From Puccinia triticina (Eukaryota): a DNA stretch of 64,000 bases. Numbering within the stretch: the first letter of the stretch is position 1; each line of letters starts with the position of its first letter. The position numbers were made by a program, and so were the translations under genes. The DNA lies in assembly GCA_026914245.1 (NCBI GenBank), contig CP110440.1, positions 1 through 64,000 on the forward strand. Direction: 5' to 3'. The notes under the pieces were generated by a model that was not told the DNA's origin, made no database searches, and worked only from the letters and a program-made list of their open reading frames with translations. Shown piece by piece: positions 36,371 to 48,843 of this stretch.

Positions 36371-37240
36371 ATATGATCAATGGCTGGGAGGACTCCCTCC
36401 CGGTCATCGATATGATCAATGGCTGGGAGGACTCCCTCCCGGTCATCGATATGATCAATGGCTGGGAGGACTCCCTCCCGGTCATCGATATGATCAATGG
36501 CTGGGAGGACTCCCTCCCGGTCATCGATATGATCAATGGCTGGGAGGACTCCCTCCCGGTCATCGATATGATCAATGGCTGGGAGGACTCCCTCCCGGTC
36601 ATCGATATGATCAATGGCTGGGAGGACTCCCTCCCGGTCATCGATATGATCAATGGCTGGGAGGACTCCCTCCCGGTCATCGATATGATCAATGGCTGGG
36701 AGGACTCCCTCCCGGTCATTGATATGATCAATGGCTGGGAGGACTCCCTCCCGGTCATTGATATGATCAATGGCTGGGAGGACTCCCTCCCGGTCATCAA
36801 TATGATCAATGCCTGGGAGGACTCCCTCCCAGTCATTGATATAATCAATGGCTGGGAGGACTCCCTCCCAGTCATTGATATAATCAATGGCTGGGAGGAC
36901 TCCCTCCCAGTCATTGATATAACCAATGGCTGGGAGGACTCCCTCCCAGTCATTGATATAATCAATGGCTGGGAGGACTCCCTCCCAGTCATTGATATAA
37001 TCAATGGCTGGGAGGACTCCCTCCCAGTCATTGATATAATCAATGGCTGGGAGGACTCCCTCCCAGTCATTGATATAATCAATGGCTGGGAGGACTCCCT
37101 CCCGGTCATCAATATAATGATCAATGGCTGGGAGGACTCCCTCCCGGTCATTGATATGATGATCAATGGCTGGGAGGACTTCTTCCCATTCATCAATATA
37201 ATGATCAATAGCTGGGCGAGGACTCCCTCCTGGTCATCAA
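36371..37240. repeat. 39-bp minisatellite, right part (about 22 units)
   Basis: Near-identical 39-mers in the same orientation as 31140-31332, with variants grouped in blocks. Confidence 0.97.
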
Positions 37241-39302
37241 TGAGCTTGCTGACTCTGAGAATCCCCCCCGGTCAGCAAGTGCATGCATTGCTGACCGGGA
37301 GGGATTTCTCACCGGCAGTGAGTACATATATCAGAGCGGGTACCCGCCCCTGCACCCAGCACCCGCCAGCAGGTACCCGGTATACCCGCCGAGCACACGC
37401 CGGCGGGTGCCGGGTGCGGGTGCGGGTGTTGAGAATTTGCAAAATTTCAGGCGGGTACCCGCACCCGCGGTGGGTACCCGGGTGCGAGAGGCCATCTCTA
37501 TTCTCTTCCTTCTCCGCTCCTCCATCTGTCACACTCTTTCCTTTCCCTGCAGATGCATATGCATTTCATCTTCTGTCCCACAACCTGGCCCCTAGTTGTA
37601 ATAGGTTATATATCACTAGCATAGATAGAATAAAGAATCATCAGTTCCTGCACCTGTTCCCTGAGACCTGAGAGTCTCTTGTAGTGAGGGGCCTTTTTCC
37701 CCTTCACAGCTCAGCAGCTTGGCCCTTTCTTGGGCTCCCTTGTTTTGTTCTCCGCCTTGAGCTTTCTTCCTCAGGCTTGTTTTTCACTCATCCCTCCGGC
37801 TCTGAGTCCAAAATTCTTCAGCACCATATCATGATTTCTGGCCGAGACAACTCACCCCGGACAAAAGTTATATTATCATGAGTTATTTTTAAGCTAACAA
37901 TGATTGAATCAATTGCCTGGGGTTGGCAAGTGGCAGACATCAGCAGAATTGGTGTGCCAATTGCCATCAGTTTAGCTCCCATGTTCTCATAACCAGGCCG
38001 GAAAATTGATAGGTCTTGAATCTTCCCATGCAAATTCAAGCCTTTTGCTTGCCCACTAGCAACCAAACCACACATGTAGATCATGTGAGCCTCATCTACA
38101 ACGGCTAGCTAGTAGTACAACTCTTGAGAGCAATTTTTCATTCAAGAATATTTGATGGAAAATATGGTTGTTCAAGAATACTTTGGGGCCATGAGAAGAT
38201 CCAACTGGGGGTAAGGTTAAAGACTGAAAGAACATTATGAAAGTATAGTCCCCTCTCAATATTTTTTTTTCTGTCTTGCTATTCAAATTCATCTTGGTGA
38301 GGTTCACCGCTGAAATGCCAAGCTTGCCCTTTTCTTGAACCTATGATCATATAAATTAATTGTAAATGTTGGTCCATTCATTATAGTTGTATAAGAAAGA
38401 TGCTCACCTGTTTATCCCCAAGCAAGTCCAAAGGGTTGATAACCAGGACTATTGGATTTTTGGTTTCATCATACAAGTTAGAATACATTTCAGCAGTTCA
38501 TGATTTACCAAATCCCGTGCCAGCAAGGGTAAAACAGTGTTTTTCTTGCGCCAATGCTACTACTTCTTCAATCTGAAGGGCCTTTGGTGGTTCATTGAAT
38601 CTCAAAGAAGAATTAGCTTTGATTTCAGCGTATAACTTGACTGGGTCTTTCTGTTGGAAGTCTTTGCCAATAAGAAGTTTGTTTCTTGTTCTTGGTCAAT
38701 TTTTGTACGGTGCAAGCCTCAGGTGGCTGCAATAGACATGATGTGAATGCTGAATCGGTAGAAGGCTCTGAAGCGGGTGTGTCTGATGGTGTTTCTTGGA
38801 TTGGTTGGCTTGGAGGTGTGAGGCTAGACACTTCCTGATGTTGTAATATCTTTCTGGATTCTCCATGGAATGGGCACTTGTTGCTTGGATTCTCCTTCCT
38901 TAGTTATATATCCGTAGCACTCTCATCATTTCTCACGGCATATTGTCAGTAATCTTGAGAGAGATAGACCTGCATACAACTGTCAGTGAGGTTGTGAGAT
39001 TATGGAAATTCAAGTTGTTAAGATTGGTTGTGGTGCTTTTTTGCCTTTGAAGCACCTGTACAACCAGGGTTGAGGAGCCAGAGGGTTAAACAAAAGACAA
39101 AGATTTAGCCATGCATCTTGGCTATTATTTGGTGTAACACACTATGAATAAAAATGATGAAGAGAGGTACAAAAACTGATGTAAGTTTTTTTCTACTTGC
39201 ATGCGGCTCGACATATTTTCCTGCCACACCAACATTCACCGCTTAGGTGTATCTCCCTCCTGCAGGGGGGCCTTTGGGCGCCCCTTGACTTGAATAAGTT
39301 TG

Positions 39303-42300
39303 TGTTGTAGCCTAAAAATCCTTGGTCCTGTATTGCTCCAACTCGCCCGCCTCCTATGACTGCCACACTCCAAATGTGGAGTTTGTCCACCCCACCGTAC
39401 AACATCCCCCCTCAAACTCCACACCCTAAATACAACCAAAAAGTGAAACTAAAAGTGAAATGAAAACAAGTATTGAGGAGGAGTAATAAATGGAAATGTT
39501 GACAATAGAATATTGAAATAAAATGAGACATAAAACTGGTGAAAAGAAATAAGAATCATGATGAAATAACAATAAGTTCTATCATAGAAAAATTTTACCC
39601 ATTGATACCGCATGAAGATTTGGCCGGAGTGTTTTGGTGAAAAAATCCGCCAGATTTTCAGAAGTTGATACCCAGTCGAGTTTGATGTTGTGTTCCCGGA
39701 CTGCGTCATTGACAAAAAAGAAATTCCGCTCCAAGCTTTTCATGCGTCCTTTAGAGGCGTTGTTGTCTGAAACCAAGACGGCCGCACGGTTGTCGCATTT
39801 GATGTTGAAATTGAGATCAATATTGAGAGATTTAAGAATTGGAATAAGAAATAAGAGAAAATCGACCGAGGAACCGAGAGAAATGAACTCGGCCGCGCAC
39901 GTGGAAGTCGCAACTACTTTTTGCCGTCAAGATCCCCAAGCAACTGGACTACCCAAGATAGTGATAATGAATCCGGATGTTGATCTTTGAAATTCCCCTC
40001 CCCAGTTTGCGTTGACCCACGCAGTCACATCATTTCCAACAGGGTGAAGTCGAAGCCTTTTCGAACGGGTTGAGTGAATATATTGGACTAGATGTGATAG
40101 CGCGTTCCAATGAGAATCATTGGGGTTTGAGCTGAATCGTGCAAGGTAGTTGACCGCAAAACTGATGTTGGGACGAGTCCCTAAAGCAAGGTAATTAATC
40201 GATCCAATGAGAGATTAGTACAGAGTTGCCAAGACCGGCTCCCCCCATGAGGTAGTGAGATCGCATGCCGGCAGTGGAGTGTTGGTAGGAACAAGCGTTG
40301 GGTTAACTTCTTCTTTATATTTTTTAACCAGTTGGTCAATCAGGAGGTGTTGGCTCAACAAGATGGAGTCGTTTTCGTACTCGAGCTTGATGCCGACCAG
40401 CTTGTTGGGTCTTGAATCCCATTTAACCCGCAAACTGCCCTCCATCTTCTCCCGGAAGAGGTTAACGTCTTGCTGATGTGTACCAAAAACAATCCCGTCA
40501 TCCACATGGATCCAAACAATGATAACCGAATCGCCCTTCTTGTATTGATAAAGGCACTCTTCGACCTCATCGCATTCAAAACCCCAACCATGTAAAAGTC
40601 CTTTGAAATGTTTCCACCAGCAACGGCTGGCCTGGCGAGTACCGTACAGAGCTTTTTTGAGTCTGAGGACTTTCCCGGCCAAGTGAGGAAGTAAATCAAC
40701 CGGCGGATCTACAAAAATTGTCTCCTCAATCGGGCTGTGAACAAATGCCCCCGTGATGTCAAACGAGTTAATGACCCATTTGTTCTTCATGGAGAGAGTG
40801 AGCAGAACCCGGAGTGTCAAAAGTGAAGCCGTAGGGGCAAATGTCGATTGAACATCTTTACCGATACGTTGCTTGAAGCCGCGAACCACAAATCTTGCCT
40901 TTAGTTTGTTAACAGAGCCGTCAGAGTTCCTTTTGATGTTGAACACAAAGCAAGTACCGATCGAGTGTTTGTTCTGCTTATCTTCAATTTCGAATGTATC
41001 GATTTCTTCCAATTGAGACCATTCGGACATGCACGCCTTACGCCATGCGTCCGAATCAGGAGAATTAAGGGCATTCTTAAGTGTGGTCGGAATGTCGGCG
41101 TCGGAAATAGCTTGTAAATGACTGATTTGAGAATCTTGTTCCTCACATATTTCTTTGGTCCGCTCTTGTCCCAAAGTCAGAACTCTACGAACAATGGCAT
41201 TATTAGCAAAATCGGGGGGAACTGGAAACAAAGGCTTTCCTTGAAAATCAAGGAATGTTGCACACTCAGAGTTGACAACCTTCTGGGAAATCGGATTCCA
41301 GAAAAACCAGCCCCGTTTGTCATCTTGATATCCAACCAAGTAGCTGGTCCACCTGCGCTGATCGAGTTTGCGTTGTCGTTCTTTTGGAATATGGACAGCT
41401 GCCCGGGCACCAAACGGATAAAACAAGTTTGCTTCTGGTTGACGACCCGACCACATTTCCAGAGGTGTCGTCTTGCAGCGTTGATTCGACAGGCGGTTGA
41501 CCAAGTAGCAAGCACACCGATACGCGTGAGACCAAAGCTTTGACGGAAGACCAGAATGAGACAGTGTCAATCGGGCGATATCACCCAAAGTGCGATTGAG
41601 TCGTTCCGCCTCGCCGTTCTGTTCAGGGGTGTAGGGAGAAGTGAAGATGATCTTGCTGCCAATTGAGTCGAGGTAATCGGACAGAGGTTGAACGGTGTAC
41701 TCCTTGGCGTTGTTGCATCTGATGAATTTTGGAGCCGAATTGAAATGGAGAAGGAATTTTTTTACTAGAGCAATGATGATATTCGGTGCCTCGGAGCGAG
41801 ATTTCATGGGGAATACAAATGAGTACGTGGTTGCATGATCACGAACGGTGAGCAGAAATCGATGGCCGGACACGTTGGGATCAAAAGGTCCCATCACATC
41901 AGTAATGAGGAGGTCAAGATGTTGTTTGCGTGGAATGACTTCTGGCAGTGATTGTCGACAACGTTTGCTTTTTGTTTGTTTGCACGTCTCGCATATGAAC
42001 GGCTGCCATGATTTTAGATTGAAAGACGGAACAAAGCGGTGAAGAAAATCTTTTACTATTGAATCGGAAACGTGGCCGAGGCGACAATGCCAATCATATG
42101 ATGGAGACGAAATCTTGGTGGAAGAACGGGTAGAAACTTGATACGCGGCCGGTTGGAAAAAATGGAAGGAGTCTGGAGTAATTATCCAAGATTGATTTCA
42201 AAAGTGAGCAGTGATAGAAGCGAAAGAGGATGTCAAGATTATGTCGTTGTTAGGAAGGAAAAGTGGTTGAAAACCGGTCTCAATGAGCTGTCCTAGACTA

Positions 42301-44308
42301 AGAAGCGTTCCGGTCATTTCCGGACTGAATAGGACCCTTGGGATTGTTAGGGTACCATCCCCATTGACCATCGTCAGGTGAACACTGTGCGTCGCCAACA
42401 TGGAGCCCGTAGACGATGCAAGATTCAGTTTCATTGGTGGTTGGATAGGGCGGAGCGAAGAAAAAGATAGGAGAGATCCGCTCACGTGGTGGGTCGCCCC
42501 AGAATCCAAAACAGTGCCAGCGCCGGCGGCACCATTCGCATCCGCACCCACCGCTGACCAAACTGCCGCATTCTGGTCAAGACCGGTGGGTGGGTTGTTT
42601 GGTGGTGCGGCCTGACAGGCGTAACCGGAAGCGGGGCGACCAAGGTTGGTGTTGGGAGGTGGCAACTTGGCATCGTCGCGGAGGGTTGGGCAAGACGACC
42701 TCCAGTGTCCCAGCGCACCGCAGTATGAGCATGGCTTGCCCTCATGCACTGCCGGGTCAGATGGGCCTTTGTTGCCCTTTCGGATATTGTTGAGTGCCGC
42801 AGAAATGTTGTCGACCGTGGGATTTCCAGGCCTACCCACGTTCTGAGGACGTTGTGTCGTGTTTCTTGCCGGAGGAGGTGGCCGTTGTTGTCCAGCGTAC
42901 CCACCGCGAGTATTGGGTCGAAGATTTGGTTGTTGCGATGGATTCCAAGGTGCTTGTCTTGAGGCTCCCCAAGCTGGAGCCAATCCGTTTGGGGTTGGAT
43001 ACGCCCGGAAGACTGAAATGTTTTGTTGTTGGCCAGAGTCAAACCTAATGCTCTCGCCGTAAGCCAAGGTGATGATAGTTTGGACGTCCCGAGCCGTGAT
43101 GTTTTCTTTGGATCCGAGTTGAAGAGAGATGTTTTGAAACATTTGCGACCGAGACATAGTAGGAGGTACTGGAGAGACTACTTGAAGTATAAGGCTTTCG
43201 ACCAGAGGAGGCAGCGCCACATCGACTTTCTTGAGATCGGCAAATGTGTTGAACAGTTTGTTGAAGAAGCCTTGAACCTGAGATGGATCAGTTGTCAGGC
43301 CCGTAACGCGAAATTCAAGAAGTTTATCGACGAGTTCCATCTGTTGGAATCGGACTGTGCCCTGGAAATTTGTCTGGAGGGCATCAAACGCTTTCAAACC
43401 GGTGGTGAATCGATCCGTAATCAACTGAAGCTCGTCGTGGATGGTAATTTGGATAAGATATAGGATGCTCGTGTTTTCTTGATCTTTGACCTTGGTGTAG
43501 TTTTTTGGATTGTTGAATAGATTGGGGATGCTGAGCGTAAGTAGCAGAACCCGATTGAGACTCCTCTTCCATTTCGTGAAGTTAGATCCATTGGCTGCCA
43601 AGGGTTCTACGTCTTGTTTGTAGATACCTGGTTGTTGAAGGAACTTGGTTCTAGGCGTTACTTTGGACGTTGACTGTGACATGGATAGACAGGGAGATTT
43701 TGGATCTAACAAGAGTTCCAAAACGTTTGATGGATCTTCTGTTGACGATGTATCAGAGGGTGAGTGGGATGGCAATGTACCTCGCAGAACGTTGAGTTTT
43801 GGCCGATATTCTGGAATTGGGATAAGAGTTGTTATTGATAGGCCGAAAGGGTTCTGGACTACGCGGTAATTGATGGGAACCGGAGTCGGATTGGATAAGC
43901 CTTTGTCTATGTGCCGAGTAACAGTTTTGGAGAAAACGTAGGATAGAGCCGATATGAATGGTGACGGAGGACGGTTGATGTCTAAAGGATCCGCTTTTTC
44001 TTCGAACGGTGAAGGAGGTAATGGGGGCAGGTTCAGAAGCGCTTTATAAGCCTTTGTCTGTTTTGGCCGCTTCGGTCTTGTTGCTGGAGGTAAAGGTCCC
44101 AAGAGTTCAGGTTGATCTCGACAAGTTTTGACCATAAAACGGGTCGTATATCGCCGGAAGTCAATCAGTGAAGGCTAGCCCGTTGGTAGACCGAGAACTC
44201 TTAATCTGTTGTAGCCTAAAAATCCTTGGTCCTGTATTGCTCCAACTCGCCCGCCTCCTATGACTGCCACACTCCAAATGTGGAGTTTGTCCACCCCACC
44301 GTACAACA
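39303..44308 (-). mobile_element. Full-length Copia/Ty1 LTR retrotransposon with 102-bp LTRs
   Basis: LTRs 39303-39404 and 44207-44308 appear identical. Perfect TSD GTTTG. PPT at 39405-39413. Confidence 0.96.
39582..44135 (-). pseudogene. Copia gag-pol (gag-PR-IN-RT-RH)
   Basis: CSYCGALGHWRSSC, VLDSGATHH, WHCRLGH, YTPEQNGEAER, KARFVVRGF, WIHVDDG, ENLADFFTK. Stops at 42198, 40215 and others. Confidence 0.93.
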
Positions 44309-46847
44309 GTTTGGACTGGAGGTCAAGGAGAGCAGAGGCAGGCGCTTCGCGCCCAGGAGGGACTTAGTTTAGTTCAAAAGATTGTCCCACCCAGCCCCTT
44401 CCCGATGCAAGAATGCCTCCTTGGCCTTCAGTTACCCCTCCCGATGGCCGCCAATGTAATAGGTCATCAAAGGGAGAAGACAGTGGCCATTGAGAGGACT
44501 CTCCTCCTGTAGATGTGCAGTTGGAATGGCCATTGAAGGGAGTGTTTACTCCATTTGATGGCCAGTATCCTTGTTAAGCATGTACAAGCACCAAGGATTC
44601 TGCCCAGTGGGAATGAAAAAGTCTTGGCAAGCATTATATATGTGCAGGTGATTGCCAGGGAGCAACCTCGGCAAGGATGTAGACTAGCTGGTGAATTGTA
44701 AGGAGAAATATTCCCCCCGGGCCTGGCGAGCCAAGTGAATTACAAGGAGCAATATTCTCCCTGGGCCCAGCAAGCAAAGACACCTTCTGTTGTCCGGCCA
44801 GCCAATACACATAGCTGCTGTCCGCCTGGAGCAGCCTTCCTTGGCTAGCTGGTACAGACTGCTTCATAGTGGAATCCTTCCCAATGTGCAGGTGCTCACT
44901 GAAGAACACTCATCCCAGTGTAGATAAGGTGCACCCGCTGGACAAGCCACAGATTCCATTTACCTTTTTTTACACGGTTTTTGTTCCGGTGGAGACTGTT
45001 GCTGATTTGTCCTCGCAACTGGCTCTCTTTTTGGAATTAGAGAAGTTTTATTCAATTCCTCATGTAAATGTGGTCCCAGCCAGAAACCACAGTGATCTCC
45101 ATACAGGTTGGCACATCTCTGACTTAAGCACATACATGCAGAAATCCTCCCGCAGGTATCTCCGCTTGTGAGATTTGTAACTTGAAAGGGGTTCACATCT
45201 TTCTTGAAAAGATCCGCAATCTGGGATATTTAATCAAATATGGCAAAAATTCAAAGGTTCTTCAAAGTTAATTTGGAAAATACCATGACTTCCACTCCAG
45301 ACTGCTTGATTCTTAAAAATCAAAGTCTCACTTTATAGCTAGCCTGCTCAAGGCATGTGTTTCAGAGCTTATGTAGCCCACTCAAGATAAAATCTGCTTG
45401 TTGACAAGCCAATAATTTTGTATTGAAGACAGGAATCATGTAGAGGCATTGTGCATGGAAAGATAAGGGAAGTGGAGTTGAAAATGGACCATGTTATTTT
45501 GAGAATTGAAGAAAGATTTACACCTTTTATGCAGATCAGAACCAGTTGGATTGGTGAAGTTTGGTTCCAAGCAGGCTTCCTTATTTTCAACAACAAAACT
45601 TTTTTTTCAATTTGATCACCAATGCAACAAAAATGAGAGATGAACAAGGAAGAATGATTAGATGATGAACAAGGTGAAGGAGATGAATGAGCCAGTCCCT
45701 GCACTCAGTTATGTCAAATCCTTATTTTGCCAGCAAGATGAGAACTTGGTCCAAATTAAGAGGACATGAAATGTGGCTTATTAACATAAATAAAATTGCC
45801 TGCACCAAATGTATTCACTGGGTAGGTGCATTTGAAGCCTGCAAGTATCAAATTGCTTCATGGTAAATGGTTGCGTGGAACCAGGCAGATCTCAACATGA
45901 GGAAAGTCAGAGAGGGGATGAAAAGGATTCAAAGATGCCATTTTTGAGTTTTGCCAGATAAAACGGCCCCAACACAGGTAGTTTCAAGAAGAAAAGAAGA
46001 GAATGTAAGATAAATGGGATATGTGTGCTTTTTGTGTTGCTACATAAATGAAACATTTGATATTGATCTGAGCCAATGGGCTTGTGCAGATGTGACAATT
46101 CCCAGAATTTTCAGGTTTTTTGTAACTTCTTCAAGTGGCCCAAACAATTTTGAGCTGCCTTTCACAAAGCCCATCAAGCTGTAGTGTACACCAAGCCCTC
46201 TTGCTGTCACCACAGTTGGACGAACTGTTCTGAGGCTAGCCACCTCCCAATGGCAAAAGCCATTCTTGGTGAACCAGCCCAAATCTTTGTCTTTTGAGAC
46301 TTCTGATGCTTGCTCATCTGGGAGGAAAGCCTAAACTACTGGATAAAATTGCAGGAGTTCCAGCGTTGTTTTGTGGCCTTGTCCATGCATCTTTGGTGGC
46401 ATTGAGAAGTTGTAAAAATGCAGATACATTTTTGCAAAGGCAATCATAATGGAAGTATATAAACCTTTCTTGCTTTTTTACCACAGTAATACTAGTTGAC
46501 TGCCATGTTGTCCAAGTGAAACATCAGTTGGATAAATCATTTTCAGAGTCCAATTCTTTGAGATTTGAAGTTTTTGTGTTAGCCCATTTCCAATCCCTCT
46601 TGTCCTTGATTGCATCATTGTGTTTCTGGCGCAGATGTTCTGTCAGAGTTGACTTCTTTTTGTCATGCGCAGTATTGATTTCAAAAGTAGCTCAAAAAAC
46701 CCAAGTGGCATCATCAAGATGTTTTTTTATCATGCAAGACAATCAAGCGCTTACTTGGACTAGGTTCTAATAAACGTCCTCCAAAGATGATCCTAGGTCA
46801 CTGGATACACAATGCTGTCATGCGGTCTCTCAATGCTCAGCTGACAA

Positions 46848-48843
46848 TCAAGAATTGATAACCCCAGATTCCGGATCTTTGTTGGTGGGATAAAAAAAGA
46901 TTGGCCGCTCCCTTGTGGATTGCTTAACCTGAGTAATAGTCCGAGATTTAACAGAGCCGCTACCTCCCAGGTGAGATGGATGGATGAATGCGCTTGACAG
47001 CATAGGCAGACAGGCCTCCTGCTTTTCAGGTGCGTAATCTTGCCCAGATGGCAAGGCCTGTATTTCTGCTTTTTTGGCTGGCCTGAGGATATTGTCGTCC
47101 AGTTCCATCTCCCCCAAAAAATCAGTCAAGCAAAAAACTGTATTCTCAACTTCTTTTGCTTTGAACATGTTGGTCAAATGCAATAGTTGAATGGCAGATG
47201 TGTGGTCTGTGATCTTCCTGTTTCTCAACACCACTATTTTGGAGTTTCCTTCAATGATCATTGAGTTCAAATCCAGTGGTGCAGTGGGACTGGTCTGCAG
47301 ATCTGGGCTGTCTGATAAGGAACCAGATCCCACTGCAAGAAAAAGTCAGGCAAGTGACAGCAGTTGACATGAGGCATTCCCCTGTGTAACTTCCATTCTA
47401 GCTCGACTCAAGCAGACATCAGTTTTTTTGGCACAGTCACTGTGCATCATGCACAGTCACTGTATGCACAGTGACTGTGCATTGAAGCTTGGTCAAAGGC
47501 AAAATATGACAAAGGCTGAAGTTCCATCACCAGATTCCTTAGAGCTCTCACATGTCAACTGGTGGCACTTGCTTGACTTTTTCTTGTAGTACCCAGAACC
47601 GGTAACGGATTCAGAGCTAGCACCAGATTCAGTAGAAGAAGCGCCGCTTCTAAGGCGCAGCGCGGGGACTTTGAGAGCCCCGACGACAAAAGAACCTCAT
47701 CCGCATCTTTCAACTTTTGGAGGGTGCAGCTAGGAAGTGGCAGTTGCTTTTCTTGATTCAAATCACCCACATTCGTTAGCCTCCGAACAATGAAACCGTC
47801 TTCCCCGAGCTGGCATTCCCACATCGGTCGACTTGCCTGAGTTCTTTTGACGTCTTTGGCTCCGCCAATAAACCCCAACTTTTCAATTGACATAGCTCTT
47901 AGCCCTGGGATGTGAGTCTTGCAGTTTTTGACCGTAGCACGATAGACGGTAGGATTAATACGAATCCCTTTAGCACGCGTCGGGACTCGAGTGCAGTCAG
48001 ATGGTTATTTACATTGGCGCCCTATTTCTACAGAAAGGATATAGGGGATGAAGAGCGCCGGTGACAATTAGGAATATCGGAAGTGAGGGCTCTGGATCCT
48101 TTTTCCATCCTTAAAATTGTTTTAATCAAAATTTTAGTCGGTAAGATGGTAACATCCAATTGGAATAGAAACCCGGGGTCAAGGGATTAAACTGTACGGT
48201 ACATTGACGTCTTGCGACTCTGAACTTTTTGCAGGTCATTAATTCCATGATCGGACTTTCGTAAGCTTTGGTCCCTCTTTTACGTGCGCGAGACTTGGCA
48301 AGTTTCCGTTCCAGTTGTTGAGCAGCTTTGTCTTCGCAAACTCTGAATGATTCTTTGTTGGGATCGACAAATGTGGTGATGGGCAAGTTTGCACGCTCCC
48401 TTTTGACTCTGGCGACGTAATGCGGTCTTGCAGGCGCAATCCTCGAAGTGCTTTTTTTGTAAGTCGTAGCAGATAATAGGTTCATGTGTGAATCAAGCAT
48501 TAAAGGGACTGACAATATTTTGATCACATTGGAGCAGAACGGTTGACCCCTACATCGCTTGACTTGAAAATCTGTTGAGAGGATATCCACGAACGCGTAT
48601 CATAAAGGAGAGCCTAGCTCAACGTACATACGAGCAGGAATATGAGTACAACATGACCAGATTCCCAGTAAAACAATTTGTGAAATAAAAGCTAAACTTA
48701 CCATTGACATCCAGCTTGGCCACTCCATCCACCTTGACGACGGTTCCGAATGGTGAAAATCGGTTCCGGAGGTCTTGAGAGGTCTTCACTGTTGCACCAA
48801 GGCCACCAACGTGCAAGCGAAACTCTTGCTGCTCGGCCATCAT
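46848..48843 (-). CDS. N-terminal RRM protein, NOL8/Nop8-like; possibly disrupted, 3' end uncertain
   Basis: RLHVGGLG..DLRNRFSPFGTV, intron, AFVDI...MNLLSATTYK...IAPARPHY. Downstream exons were not cleanly resolved. Confidence 0.55.
47430..47482. repeat. Short palindromic repeat cluster
   Basis: Three copies of GCACAGT(C/G)ACTGTG(C). Confidence 0.7.

Larger units (their letters stand above)
29686..37500. mobile_element. Non-autonomous hAT DNA transposon (7.8 kb with nested inserts)
   Basis: TIR TAGAGATGGC/GCCATCTCTA, perfect 8-bp TSD TTCTCTTC, GGGTACCC/GCGGGTGC-rich subterminal motifs at both ends, no transposase. Confidence 0.92.
28161..37820 (+). mobile_element. Gag-only non-autonomous Copia-like LTR element, 3' LTR split by a hAT insertion
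   Basis: 5' LTR 28161-28500. 3' LTR 29658-29685 plus 37501-37820. TSD GCGCC/GCACC. G-run PPT at 29650-29657. Internal region only about 1.16 kb. Confidence 0.92.
18910..38830 (-). pseudogene. RecQ-like SF2 helicase split into three pieces (37821-38830, 27882-28160, 18910-19379)
   Basis: AGTGFGKS, DEAH, SAT, RRFHACTG, STMALGLGQ, QMIG, DDRMDALAITPVCLR, CKCSNC. Removing the two LTR elements restores frame (IWRITMKN; LFPVISSTM). Confidence 0.88.

Noticed and set aside
36171..37671. 447-aa and 345-aa repeat ORFs on opposite strands, and a CRISPR-like appearance
   Set aside because: A by-product of a stop-free 39-bp (13-codon) minisatellite. The ORFs cross TE boundaries, there are no unique spacers or cas genes, and the context is eukaryotic.
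18910..38830. Telomere-linked helicase (TLH/Y'-type) or host SGS1
   Set aside because: Decayed, flanked by transposase-like and TIR sequence, and separated from the telomere by a housekeeping gene. A transposon helicase fits better.
44380..46800. Short ORFs, possibly a decayed DNA-transposase
   Set aside because: No recognisable motif could be assembled. AT-rich, CpG-poor relic DNA.
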